In this document: one piece after another, positions 49,101-56,641 of the stretch
Layout of the letters: each line of letters starts with the position of its first letter
Position numbering within the stretch: the first letter of the stretch is position 1
IMG/VR virus record: IMGVR_UViG_3300009128_000002
Strand: one strand, 5' to 3'
Origin: a virus
DNA: 64,000 nucleotides
Position numbers and translations under genes: made by a program
Notes under the pieces: model-generated
The model's database searches: none
Seen by the model: only the letters and a program-made list of their open reading frames with translations
What the model was told of the DNA's origin: nothing

Positions 49101-51141
49101 TGAGGAAGATATTCCTGTTATTGATTACGATACTACTGGTTTAAACCAAGAGGGTGAGAAAGTATATCACGTTCGTGCTGGTTCATATGATCAAAAGATT
49201 CACTTTATCGGTGATGTTGATAATAACAACCCAGAGGAAAATAACCCATACTATTCTAATGTTGGTTTTGAAGGTTCTATTGATAATGTTTCAGTACGTG
49301 AAATTATTGAAAATTGGACGTTTGCTTCACAACAAGATGGTGTTGCATATGTTGATCAAAATACTAAACAAATTTATACTTCTGGTACTGGTCCAAACAA
49401 CCGTGGTATTGCACATATCAATTTCGAAATTGAAGCCAATATGAGTTACAAGGTTGCAGTTAAAGTTGACAGACCTACAGATTCTATTCTTAAACTAGGT
49501 CCAACTCCAGATAGTTCGGAGTATGGTTCTTTAGTTATAGAAGATACTGACACTAATGGACTATTCGACGAAGCACGTGACTTTGTATTCAAATCACCTG
49601 TTGCTGGTACTTGTTACTTGACACTTTCTACTACTGGAAATGGTTACACATATTGGGACGATGTTTCAGTTAAGACAATTCCTAACCTTTCATCTGACGA
49701 GTATTTATTACTTGCTCGTTCTATGAATGTTATGGGTGTTCCAATTGGTGGTGAAGAAAGATGGAATTCTAATCATTTAGATATGGAAAACGCAGACTAC
49801 ACTGGACAACCTATTTGTGGTCATAGAACTATGGAATCATTCGGTGAGTCTGTAATTGAAGATTACTACGACGTTAATAGACGTGGTAACGAAATTATGA
49901 ACCCACCTATTTCATTATCTACATTTGATGTTACTACTGGTCACAGAAGTGTTGCTTCTATTGTTCCTTCTTGTACTACTAATTTTGGTACTGAAGAATA
50001 TACAATTAAAGCCGCTTGTGAACAGATTGTTGGTGTTTGGTATCCTACAGACCCTGCTCATTGTAGTAATATAGATTACACAACTCAAATAGATTGTGAA
50101 ACTGTATTTGGTTGGTGGACTGTTGCAACGCCAGGTTCGTGTTCTGACTCGTTATATACATCTGAATATAGTTGTAATGGTGCTGGTACTTGTTCTGACC
50201 CTTCGTACTCGTTTGAATATACTTGTACTGCCTCTGGTACTTGTTCTGACCCAGTATATAATGATAACCAATTAGGTTGTATTGATTCTGGTGGTTCTTG
50301 TTCTGATGGAACTTCTACTACTTCTGGTGAGTGTTACGAGACGAACGGTACTTGTTCCGATGGTGTTAGTACAACTAATACTGAATGTGGAACTGCTGGT
50401 GGTACTTGGACACCAACTAACGTTTGGACTGCTCTAAATACTTGGACTAATGCTGGTAATACTTGGACGTCTGCAGGTAATACGTGGACGCCTGGTGACC
50501 CAGGCTATTGTTCTGATGGTATTCAAACATCTCAAGCAGTTTGTGAAGGACCTAGAGGAACTTGGATTGAAGAAGACTTCGAGCATTGTACTACTGATAT
50601 ACCATTCTTAACGGTTAACAATCAAACAGATTGTGAAGCACCTCGTGGTACATGGGATGTGACTGTTGTTGATGAAATGGGTGGTCAATGGGTAGAGATT
50701 GTTGGTGATGGTATTGATATGGATTACACAGTAATTTTAGGTGGTGTTGAACAAACTAACGTTCAGAACATCAACTTACCATATAAGATTAAGTTTGAGG
50801 TTGCTCCAACTACACCACTTGGTGAACAAGTATTAACTGTTACTAACTCTGACGGTGATACTGCTTCATTTACTGATGCACCATTTACAGTTACTGATCA
50901 ATTGCGTATTATTACGGTAGTTGATATTAATACTATTACTGGTGCTGGTTTTGTTGCAGATACGGTAGTTGAGTTTATTTCATCAGGTACTACTACGGTT
51001 GCTGATACACCTGCCGTTACGGTAGTTGATGCAAATAACATTACAGTTTCACCTACACTTAGTGCAGGAACTTACGATGTTAGAGTAACAAACTTAGACG
51101 GTCAAACGTTTACTGAAGTAACTGCATTAACAATTGTATAA
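43177..51141 (+). CDS. giant virion/fibre protein with CBM-like, cupredoxin, His-pair, Cys-repeat and C-terminal IPT/TIG-like domains
   Basis: 2654 aa; ELI.NG.FD CBM-like starts, HN...YHCTFHP, GHP...YYQCAWHASM, G.GY...P repeats, GTYDVRVTN.DG. Confidence 0.85.
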   Translation: MAHYTGHTFTLTELNTIEQQKSDFLDSLNIKLSSPDLLVKDLALMLKSLEVMENLEHLQEYKDFIINVAQKSAEFVNPIELITNGGFDVTYNTTNLVQNSSFDNDAFEVELVKNSGFDVPVDLARPWANGIAYLFDIFTTEGTEVIRAYTDGQQTAVAWFETVLKPNTQYKFSYDLTINNVNWDLPNGGFNMVDIPSTDKMVFSEAGGGPDPQQIVISIIEDENLVLPTCNGEVVEWDNTVDYNLALGEMENACKANDAVWNYDPVSSSFYCDDDGDGYPGNGAVDQAACYANNAVWDEGELTNPNTQQHDIVPYHVEAREGDTLIFTNPVGNYLVHNAVSDDNISFTSPDLNPGETWNWVVDGYHDIYYHCTFHPLEEGRMTTKTNHRYVYSIDHGLNPGDTVKMAINYGSMVSLPSLSNSYFINLLLPNTLSTTGGAPYTAVESLYHDLSIGNVISMQSGDVETNPEAGVPMIVTFAGGVDAETISATASANVTAGVVSGLELTANGQNYTSKPLLYITGGGGSGATGTLEFDGGLSGIELSEVGAGYQSTPTIQISAPDVGQLGPDSSCTDPTYTDQTSCETALETWYEVINTIQAEASCTITPTGEIDTITVTNMGSGYHTPPTITFIGGSPTVAGAANAIIDGSVYSVTLTSGGSGYGSGDGSVGVGERRWEDYIITAVAKGNERVDVFFDDVNQIGHTHTAEITPAEYVQIQASTATMIVTSEDAGHTHTATFDWDASANNGGGAMFLVGMTGSHTHGMENYYDITGGTKVELVNFGHYHEILITEADEATLKAAPLQNVTQDIDGTWSATSGNTIIRTSDFGTSDPQHFHTVEFGCLDPATDTYLIIEVDQHIHDMGRVWYPGSNQFTVGKYDFALGGDDLNPSAIATPFTDINGYVKKEKGIESDAHGLIPGDRVHFENVYNGIHHGNTNYWVDYVIDADHFALTEVVIYPLENSAGTTPTIHNVIEEYEVVADLASYRFQVDRDITNHIGSPYVEGIEILWSRPNTVKSNNHGLSVGDIVQLPSGEQPYTPSELPGAMNDHTVVALGDGYGPTDNMEITVDTNTTVTWNDPTLTTVEGAQDSPWLWSWWDHTADSYFPYQRAGATYDNFGGNDGINGGFELFRGGTYKFTNNAWNPSGHITLNDPVTGNPTPMYMHAAGVKAMLGAGWDNLVQAGMVQNDGNNCVSMRANHGLTITAGDHNDFVNTEEEPGTWVGSEPFPVCMGLGGWCEELDVDGWYYNGEDVKSNCEALNPTNDPGLAQWRESQFIGNFSKEFTWTIPEDFGLTGSDGATGLGPFVPPGEVNGAYHMTHDGGLYRFDKSGMIEGTNRTINLYRGGTYTFKINSAGHPLYVTTDDGSHFTPGAYFGEYLLGVQNSRAEEGAGVQTEGTDMWGNDDSGVPKYEELVWTVPEVAPDTMYYQCAWHASMMGQFNILDMPVINAGDDIVVYFHHGQDNMYTPLHIKDKIVVDNGTSTDYFQVQPAPENAFPVKGTQADILGTNNALTATGPGAVPEIQAMNIELGTVSYIDPLAMVPGIGSEQFLVTNDIGGLAKVYFSVDIDQRSDIILDNVTFKEVVWTETGSWQIQGGSAFTNTTDAAYIEQIVTGSISEGVTYEVKYDIIESFKDQYGAEIGSITAELRGDTIVQGISNTLVGHYSETLVAPANTTILRLVNSGKGKIDNISIKERVTGQNAWSMGEGWTSDGAKAYLDGSIASSTEVSQTVSIDTGKLYEVKYSLADVDNDNNGMTGRMRVTLGTNPNQLISNWNFDITDTDLVNWTNSSDTVQIIDGQLIFNSASNDTSTYTLSNALVGGVKYELTIDCDLIEDNILNFQVGPGPTGTHPHTFQMTESQGQWLQESTNNSLTFEQTDGYHAETYTHEFTIKWLNVGGINQYTITEQSNPEGHDELTLVSTTINTPSIDFVINGNTMGTINKSGIRHINFIGEITTDLVLNMNDSGAINSVKLVEEDIPVIDYDTTGLNQEGEKVYHVRAGSYDQKIHFIGDVDNNNPEENNPYYSNVGFEGSIDNVSVREIIENWTFASQQDGVAYVDQNTKQIYTSGTGPNNRGIAHINFEIEANMSYKVAVKVDRPTDSILKLGPTPDSSEYGSLVIEDTDTNGLFDEARDFVFKSPVAGTCYLTLSTTGNGYTYWDDVSVKTIPNLSSDEYLLLARSMNVMGVPIGGEERWNSNHLDMENADYTGQPICGHRTMESFGESVIEDYYDVNRRGNEIMNPPISLSTFDVTTGHRSVASIVPSCTTNFGTEEYTIKAACEQIVGVWYPTDPAHCSNIDYTTQIDCETVFGWWTVATPGSCSDSLYTSEYSCNGAGTCSDPSYSFEYTCTASGTCSDPVYNDNQLGCIDSGGSCSDGTSTTSGECYETNGTCSDGVSTTNTECGTAGGTWTPTNVWTALNTWTNAGNTWTSAGNTWTPGDPGYCSDGIQTSQAVCEGPRGTWIEEDFEHCTTDIPFLTVNNQTDCEAPRGTWDVTVVDEMGGQWVEIVGDGIDMDYTVILGGVEQTNVQNINLPYKIKFEVAPTTPLGEQVLTVTNSDGDTASFTDAPFTVTDQLRIITVVDINTITGAGFVADTVVEFISSGTTTVADTPAVTVVDANNITVSPTLSAGTYDVRVTNLDGQTFTEVTALTIV

Positions 51142-51147
51142 AATAAT

Positions 51148-51169
51148 TGAGGGTGAGCAATCACCCTCA
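51148..51169 (+). terminator. stable hairpin after the giant gene
   Basis: TGAGGGTGA-GCAA-TCACCCTCA (GNRA loop); weak U-tract. Confidence 0.55.
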
Positions 51170-51190
51170 TAAAGAATTAGAAAATAGAAT

Positions 51191-51222
51191 AACTATTATA
51201 AATAGTTGTATTATTATAAATA
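51191..51222 (+). promoter_or_regulatory. tandem late promoters
   Basis: TATAAATA at 51197-51204 (inside the inverted repeat AACTATT-ATA-AATAGTT) and at 51215-51222. Confidence 0.7.
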
Positions 51223-51260
51223 TTATTAAATAAGAATTAATTTATTGGAGATAACGAACA

Positions 51261-54200
51261 ATGTCTGTAACACTATCAACCATATCAACGCAAGTTGACC
51301 AATTTAACGATATTCCAGATATCACCTTTACTGGTATTGATATTACAGAGTTCGTTGAAGAAGTAGAAATTTATACTAACACCCCTGCAGTGATGATTCC
51401 AACTAAGTTGAACGCTATGGCGGGCAACATGAAGGCTTGGTTAAATTCAAATGTAACTACCCCATTAGAAAACCAACAAAATACGTTTAAAGATGAAGTT
51501 GTCGTAAGAACAAATACTGCTATGAATGCTGTAGAAACTTACATGAACGATGAAGTTGCTGGTTTTATTAATACTGTATTTGTTCCTTGGGCAAACGATG
51601 CCGGTACTACATTATCAACTGCTTCTAACTTATTAGAAACAAATGTAACTACTCAAATGACGCAGTTACAATCAGACTATACTATCCACGTACAGAATCA
51701 AGATGCAATTATCCAACAGGCAATTGATGATATGATTCTTCAACTTTCACAGTACACTTCTGGTGCTGCCGATTCAGGTTACTCTATCCATCAAACGAAT
51801 TTATTGATGTCAGATCTAACAATGACACGTGAGATTGGGTTTGCAGACTACAAATATACTAAAGATGGTCAAATCGCATTTGCAGAAGAAGGTGCTAATA
51901 AAACCCATCACATTGCTTACGATAAGTCAGGTAATATTATATCTTTTGGTGAGTCTATGCAAATTGACGGTGAACCACGTCCATTTGTTCAGCATCTTAA
52001 ATTGGATAAAGAATTAGGAACTGGTTCTACTTCAGTTGAAAAGGTTAAGGCATATAGTATATTTAAATCAGTTTCAGAGACTGGTATTGAATCTTTTAGA
52101 GCTACTGCTCATGAGACAGACGGTGCGCCAGGTGTTGATCTAACTATTTTGAATAATACATCAATTGCAGATACAGATAACCCAGAATTAATTATTCGTC
52201 GTGGTAACTCTAATGCATTATTATTTGATGGTATTGACGCTGGTGATATGGTTAAAGTTTCTAACCTAGATGGTACTATTTACAACGATGGTATTTCTGG
52301 TCAATATGCAGAGGATTATGAAACAGTTATGTTTACACCACATTCTTCTTACTGTCATGATGGTCTTTCTTCTGTGACAGGTTGGGGTGTTGTTGTATCA
52401 GACGGTGCATCTGGTATCGATTCAGACGGTAGTGATTTTGATGATCCAACCAAATGTGAGAACTATTCAAATGCATCTGTATCATTATTAGACGACTTCA
52501 GTAGAACTTACGAGTATGATATTGTTGGCGAGTCTTATGATACAGACCTTTCTGATGGTCTTACATATAAAGTTTCTATTACAGATGATTCTGGTGTTGT
52601 TGATACTTACGGTTATACTATTGACGCAAATAAAACATTAGGTACTGGTGCAATTTTAAATGCAGTTTATGACGATGGTGTTTCTGATGTAAATATTACT
52701 AATGGTGGTTCTAAATATTCAGAAAACACATTCGCTAGAGCATTTGATTTGGGTGCTGTTGACGTTACAGGTTCTACAGAAACTAAAGCAGAAGCGACAT
52801 TCACGTTAAGAAATGGAATGGTTGATTCTATTAAGGTAGTTGGTGGTGGTGCTGGGTATCAGGGTTTCTGGAACGTTGTTGTACCAGACGGTGGTAACGG
52901 ACACACACATAACTTACAACTTTCACAAGCAGAAATTAATACTATTAAGTCTGGTACTACAGTAGTTTCTACTACAGTAGAGGGTGGTCATTCACACGAT
53001 ATTACAATTTCATGGAATTCATTTACTGAGAATTTTGTATTTGATTCACAAGTTGGTGCCCATGATCACGGTAGTGTTGCAGATTCATATCAAATTAACC
53101 CTTCTATTACAGTTGATTTCAGTGCTGGTCTTGGTGGTAACGCAGTTGCTCATGTATTACTTACAGAAACTAATGAATTAGATAAAGTTGTTGTTACAAA
53201 CGGTGGTTCTGGTTATTTAGTAACAGATATAGTTTCTATTACTGGTGGTAACGAAACTACTTCTGGTGCAATTCAAGTATCATATGCAGACGGTGGTATT
53301 GATTCTATTTCATTAACTAATCAAGGTACTGGTTATACAGATACAACACCTAAGACAGTTTCAGTTGCTATTCAAAATAATGCATTTCAACCTTCAATTA
53401 TTTCTGCTAACGTTGGTGATACTGTTGAATTTACTAACTTAGATATAGGTGCTCATACAGTTACTAATGAAGATGGTGCATTTGATTCTGGTGATATTCC
53501 ACAGAATGCTGTGTTTAGTTACACTATTGTAGATGACACAGAATTAACAAAAGAATATAAAATTACAGATACACAGACTGGTGGTGGTGCAACTCTATGG
53601 GTTCGTGAAAATACAGTATTTGTAGATATGGTAACTTCTACTGGTGGTGGTATGCGTGGTATTGCTACGGTAAATGCTTCTGGTAATATTATTGACATCG
53701 CAGTTGACCGTCCAGGCAAAGGGTATGTTGCCACTGACACAGTTAAACCAATCGACGTTTCTGGTCCTGGCGAGGGTGCATATGCAGATGTAGTAACAAA
53801 CCGTTCTATTGATACAATTACAGTTGACAGTATTGGTTCTGGCTATTCATTAGATACAGAAATTATTATTTTCGACCCAACTGGAACACCAATTTACGAT
53901 GATTTGGGTGTTGAGATTGATCGTGTATATGGTTCTGGTGCGAGTGCAACAGCAACTATTTCTTTAGTTACAATTCCTGCCTTCTGTTCTGATGCATTGG
54001 TTACTGACGAACCTACTTGTACAACGACTGGTAATACTTGGACTGCTGAAGTACCACAAGGTGCTATTACAGAAGTTTCTGTAAACCGTGCAGGTAGTGA
54101 CTATGTAGATATAGAACTTATTATCAATGACCCTCAAGGAACTGGTTCTGGTGCTATATTAAGTACAGGAATCAACAATGTGGTTAGTGATATTAACTTT

Positions 54201-54833
54201 ACTTCACGTGGTGCAGATTATGACGAACCTTTAGTTCTAGTAACAGACCCTTCAGGAACTGTAGGAACAGATTCTACTAATACTGTTGGTGGTGGTTTTG
54301 AAGGAACTGTTGGTCTTAATAATGGTATTGGTGCAGTTACAATCGTTGAAGATTGGCATGATTATATTAACGGACAAACACGTGTTATTGTAGTAGACGC
54401 TCATCCTGAGCCTACTGGTTATGGTGCATCGGGTGTTGCTTCATTAGGTGGTGCTGGTAATGTTTCAAACGTACAAATTGATAATCCAGGCAGTGCATAC
54501 AAAACACCAGTAATTATTGTTGCTGGACCTGTTACATATACAGGTGGTTCTATTAATGCTGCCGATACAGATTATGCATTATTTGGACCAGAAGGTAATA
54601 CTGATGATTCACCATTCTCTGCTAACAATTCTGCAGGTACAAACTTTAAGAACGGTATTTTAGTACAATGGCAATCATACCAAGGTCACTCATTAAATGA
54701 CTCTTGGGAATTTACTACACAATCATGGAAGAAAGGTACACCAGATTCGTTAGTGTATGAATCTTCTAGGTTTAACGGTTCTACAAACAACATGAAAGGT
54801 GTTATTACATTGAAAGATGTTTGGGACGTATAA
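51261..54833 (+). CDS. large virion/fibre protein with G.GY repeats, His-pair module and degenerate cupredoxin fold
   Basis: 1190 aa; N-terminal coiled coil, repeated I.I.N.G.GY, IQNNAFQPS.I...VGDTV.FTN.D...HTVT. Confidence 0.85.
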   Translation: MSVTLSTISTQVDQFNDIPDITFTGIDITEFVEEVEIYTNTPAVMIPTKLNAMAGNMKAWLNSNVTTPLENQQNTFKDEVVVRTNTAMNAVETYMNDEVAGFINTVFVPWANDAGTTLSTASNLLETNVTTQMTQLQSDYTIHVQNQDAIIQQAIDDMILQLSQYTSGAADSGYSIHQTNLLMSDLTMTREIGFADYKYTKDGQIAFAEEGANKTHHIAYDKSGNIISFGESMQIDGEPRPFVQHLKLDKELGTGSTSVEKVKAYSIFKSVSETGIESFRATAHETDGAPGVDLTILNNTSIADTDNPELIIRRGNSNALLFDGIDAGDMVKVSNLDGTIYNDGISGQYAEDYETVMFTPHSSYCHDGLSSVTGWGVVVSDGASGIDSDGSDFDDPTKCENYSNASVSLLDDFSRTYEYDIVGESYDTDLSDGLTYKVSITDDSGVVDTYGYTIDANKTLGTGAILNAVYDDGVSDVNITNGGSKYSENTFARAFDLGAVDVTGSTETKAEATFTLRNGMVDSIKVVGGGAGYQGFWNVVVPDGGNGHTHNLQLSQAEINTIKSGTTVVSTTVEGGHSHDITISWNSFTENFVFDSQVGAHDHGSVADSYQINPSITVDFSAGLGGNAVAHVLLTETNELDKVVVTNGGSGYLVTDIVSITGGNETTSGAIQVSYADGGIDSISLTNQGTGYTDTTPKTVSVAIQNNAFQPSIISANVGDTVEFTNLDIGAHTVTNEDGAFDSGDIPQNAVFSYTIVDDTELTKEYKITDTQTGGGATLWVRENTVFVDMVTSTGGGMRGIATVNASGNIIDIAVDRPGKGYVATDTVKPIDVSGPGEGAYADVVTNRSIDTITVDSIGSGYSLDTEIIIFDPTGTPIYDDLGVEIDRVYGSGASATATISLVTIPAFCSDALVTDEPTCTTTGNTWTAEVPQGAITEVSVNRAGSDYVDIELIINDPQGTGSGAILSTGINNVVSDINFTSRGADYDEPLVLVTDPSGTVGTDSTNTVGGGFEGTVGLNNGIGAVTIVEDWHDYINGQTRVIVVDAHPEPTGYGASGVASLGGAGNVSNVQIDNPGSAYKTPVIIVAGPVTYTGGSINAADTDYALFGPEGNTDDSPFSANNSAGTNFKNGILVQWQSYQGHSLNDSWEFTTQSWKKGTPDSLVYESSRFNGSTNNMKGVITLKDVWDV

Positions 54834-54838
54834 ACTAT

Positions 54839-54846
54839 TATAAATA
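54839..54846 (+). promoter_or_regulatory. T4-type late promoter
   Basis: TATAAATA. Confidence 0.7.
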
Positions 54847-54882
54847 ATTAAAAAATATATTTAAGAAGGACAAAGAAGAACT

Positions 54883-55860
54883 ATGGATATTTTAACACTT
54901 GGTAAAATGAACCAAATGGCAAAAGACTTAGACCAAACGATGGAATTCCTAGCAAATTCTACATTTGAAACTCTAAAGGACATTTGCGATACACAATCAG
55001 ACATCATAACAACTCAAACTGGTCAAGTACAATGTCTTGAAGACACAACTCAAGCAGGTGTTGACGCTTTAGCTGCTGCTGGTGGTGGTAGTATGGGTAT
55101 GAATGAGTTTATGTTATATAACACTAACCATTGGTCTGTTACCAATGGTGGTTGTTGTTTACATTGGACTGTTCCAGAGAACGTTAAAACTATTAAATTT
55201 GAAGTTTTAGGTGGTGGTGGTCCTGGCGGTTCTTCTGGTGGTGACCATGAAGTTACTGTAGGTGGACAAGGTGGTGGATATGCATCCAAAACCATTTATG
55301 CAGAACAAGGTCATTTCGTGCCGGGTTCATCAGCATACACTTTATGTGCCGCTGGTACTTCACAGTGCTCATGTTGTTGCCAATGTTGTATGTCACGTAG
55401 ACAGGGTTGTACTTCATACGCTACTGGGCCAGGTTTAAGTAACTTCTGTGCCGTAGGTGGTTTAGGTGGTTCAACACCATGGGATAAGATGTCAAATTGT
55501 TATGATTGCCATATGGGTCATATTCAATGTTGTGCATCAACATATGATAGTTCTTGGTCTACACAGTCTATTCATACACAGTTTTATGGTGCAGATTACG
55601 GATTTACAGGTACTACAGGATCATATACAAGAGGTTACAACTGTTGTAATGAGGTAAGAGGTTACTCTGGTGGTCCTACAGGCCCATTTGCAGTTTCTGG
55701 AACTGGTTCTGGTGGTCATGCTTGTACACAATGTTCAGGTTGTCGTGGTGGTCATTCTGCCTTCCCTGGCGGTGGCGGTCAAGGTCATGCGACTGCTTCT
55801 GGATCAGGTTGTTGGGGTGGATTTGGCGCTGGTGGTTTAGTTAGAGTCACTTACGCTTAA
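54883..55860 (+). CDS. Gly/Cys-rich tail fibre/adhesin-like protein, copy 1
   Basis: GGCCLHWTVP, FEVLGGGG.GG, GG.GG.Y..K, terminal GAGGLV.V.Y glycine-rich domain. Confidence 0.75.
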   Translation: MDILTLGKMNQMAKDLDQTMEFLANSTFETLKDICDTQSDIITTQTGQVQCLEDTTQAGVDALAAAGGGSMGMNEFMLYNTNHWSVTNGGCCLHWTVPENVKTIKFEVLGGGGPGGSSGGDHEVTVGGQGGGYASKTIYAEQGHFVPGSSAYTLCAAGTSQCSCCCQCCMSRRQGCTSYATGPGLSNFCAVGGLGGSTPWDKMSNCYDCHMGHIQCCASTYDSSWSTQSIHTQFYGADYGFTGTTGSYTRGYNCCNEVRGYSGGPTGPFAVSGTGSGGHACTQCSGCRGGHSAFPGGGGQGHATASGSGCWGGFGAGGLVRVTYA

Positions 55861-55874
55861 TAGGAGAAAGAATA

Positions 55875-56612
55875 ATGGAAAAATTAATTACATATAAAAT
55901 TCCAAATGAACGTTATGGTACAGACGATTCAGAAGGTAAAACGTCAACAGTATCATATAACGGACCAGATAAATTAATTTGTTGGGTTATTAATAATGAA
56001 GATGTGACTAGAATTGTAGATGCATTCGCAGAAGATGAATTACCTGATAGACCAACACCAAAAAACTACACTGTGGTTGAAATTGATGCAACAGAATCAG
56101 ATGAAAATGCATTAAGAATTGCACTAATTTATGGTGGTATTCCATCACAAAGACAACTTGAAGTTGATAATGGTGTTGCAGAATTACCAAATCCTGCAAT
56201 TGCAGATCCAATGCATTTAAGGGAAGTTTATTCACTACCTAAAGCAATGGATAATGATTGTATTAATTTAGATACAATGGAATGGAAACCATTAGAATAT
56301 AGAACTGGTGATACTGCAGATAGGGATGATGCTTCAGTAAGAACTATTAGGGATGCATTATTACACCCTACAGATGGTAAAATTGCTGAAGATATGCCAG
56401 AATCTTTAAAACAAGAATGGTTAGACTTTAGACAACAATTAAGAGACTTGCCATCTTTAACTACCAATATCCCTAACAATTTAATAGGTTATCCTACTGC
56501 ACCTGATCAACCAGATGGATTGGATTTAATTGAAGACCTTGTTAGGATTGCAGATAGAACACAGTCAGATCAAGAATCAATTGATCTACAGTTACCAGAT
56601 AACATTACATAA
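55875..56612 (+). CDS. tail fibre assembly chaperone-like protein, copy 1
   Basis: R..RD.LL..TD....DMP....W..FRQQLRDLP motif. Confidence 0.8.
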   Translation: MEKLITYKIPNERYGTDDSEGKTSTVSYNGPDKLICWVINNEDVTRIVDAFAEDELPDRPTPKNYTVVEIDATESDENALRIALIYGGIPSQRQLEVDNGVAELPNPAIADPMHLREVYSLPKAMDNDCINLDTMEWKPLEYRTGDTADRDDASVRTIRDALLHPTDGKIAEDMPESLKQEWLDFRQQLRDLPSLTTNIPNNLIGYPTAPDQPDGLDLIEDLVRIADRTQSDQESIDLQLPDNIT

Positions 56613-56641
56613 TATAATTTATTTAGAATAAGGAATAACAA

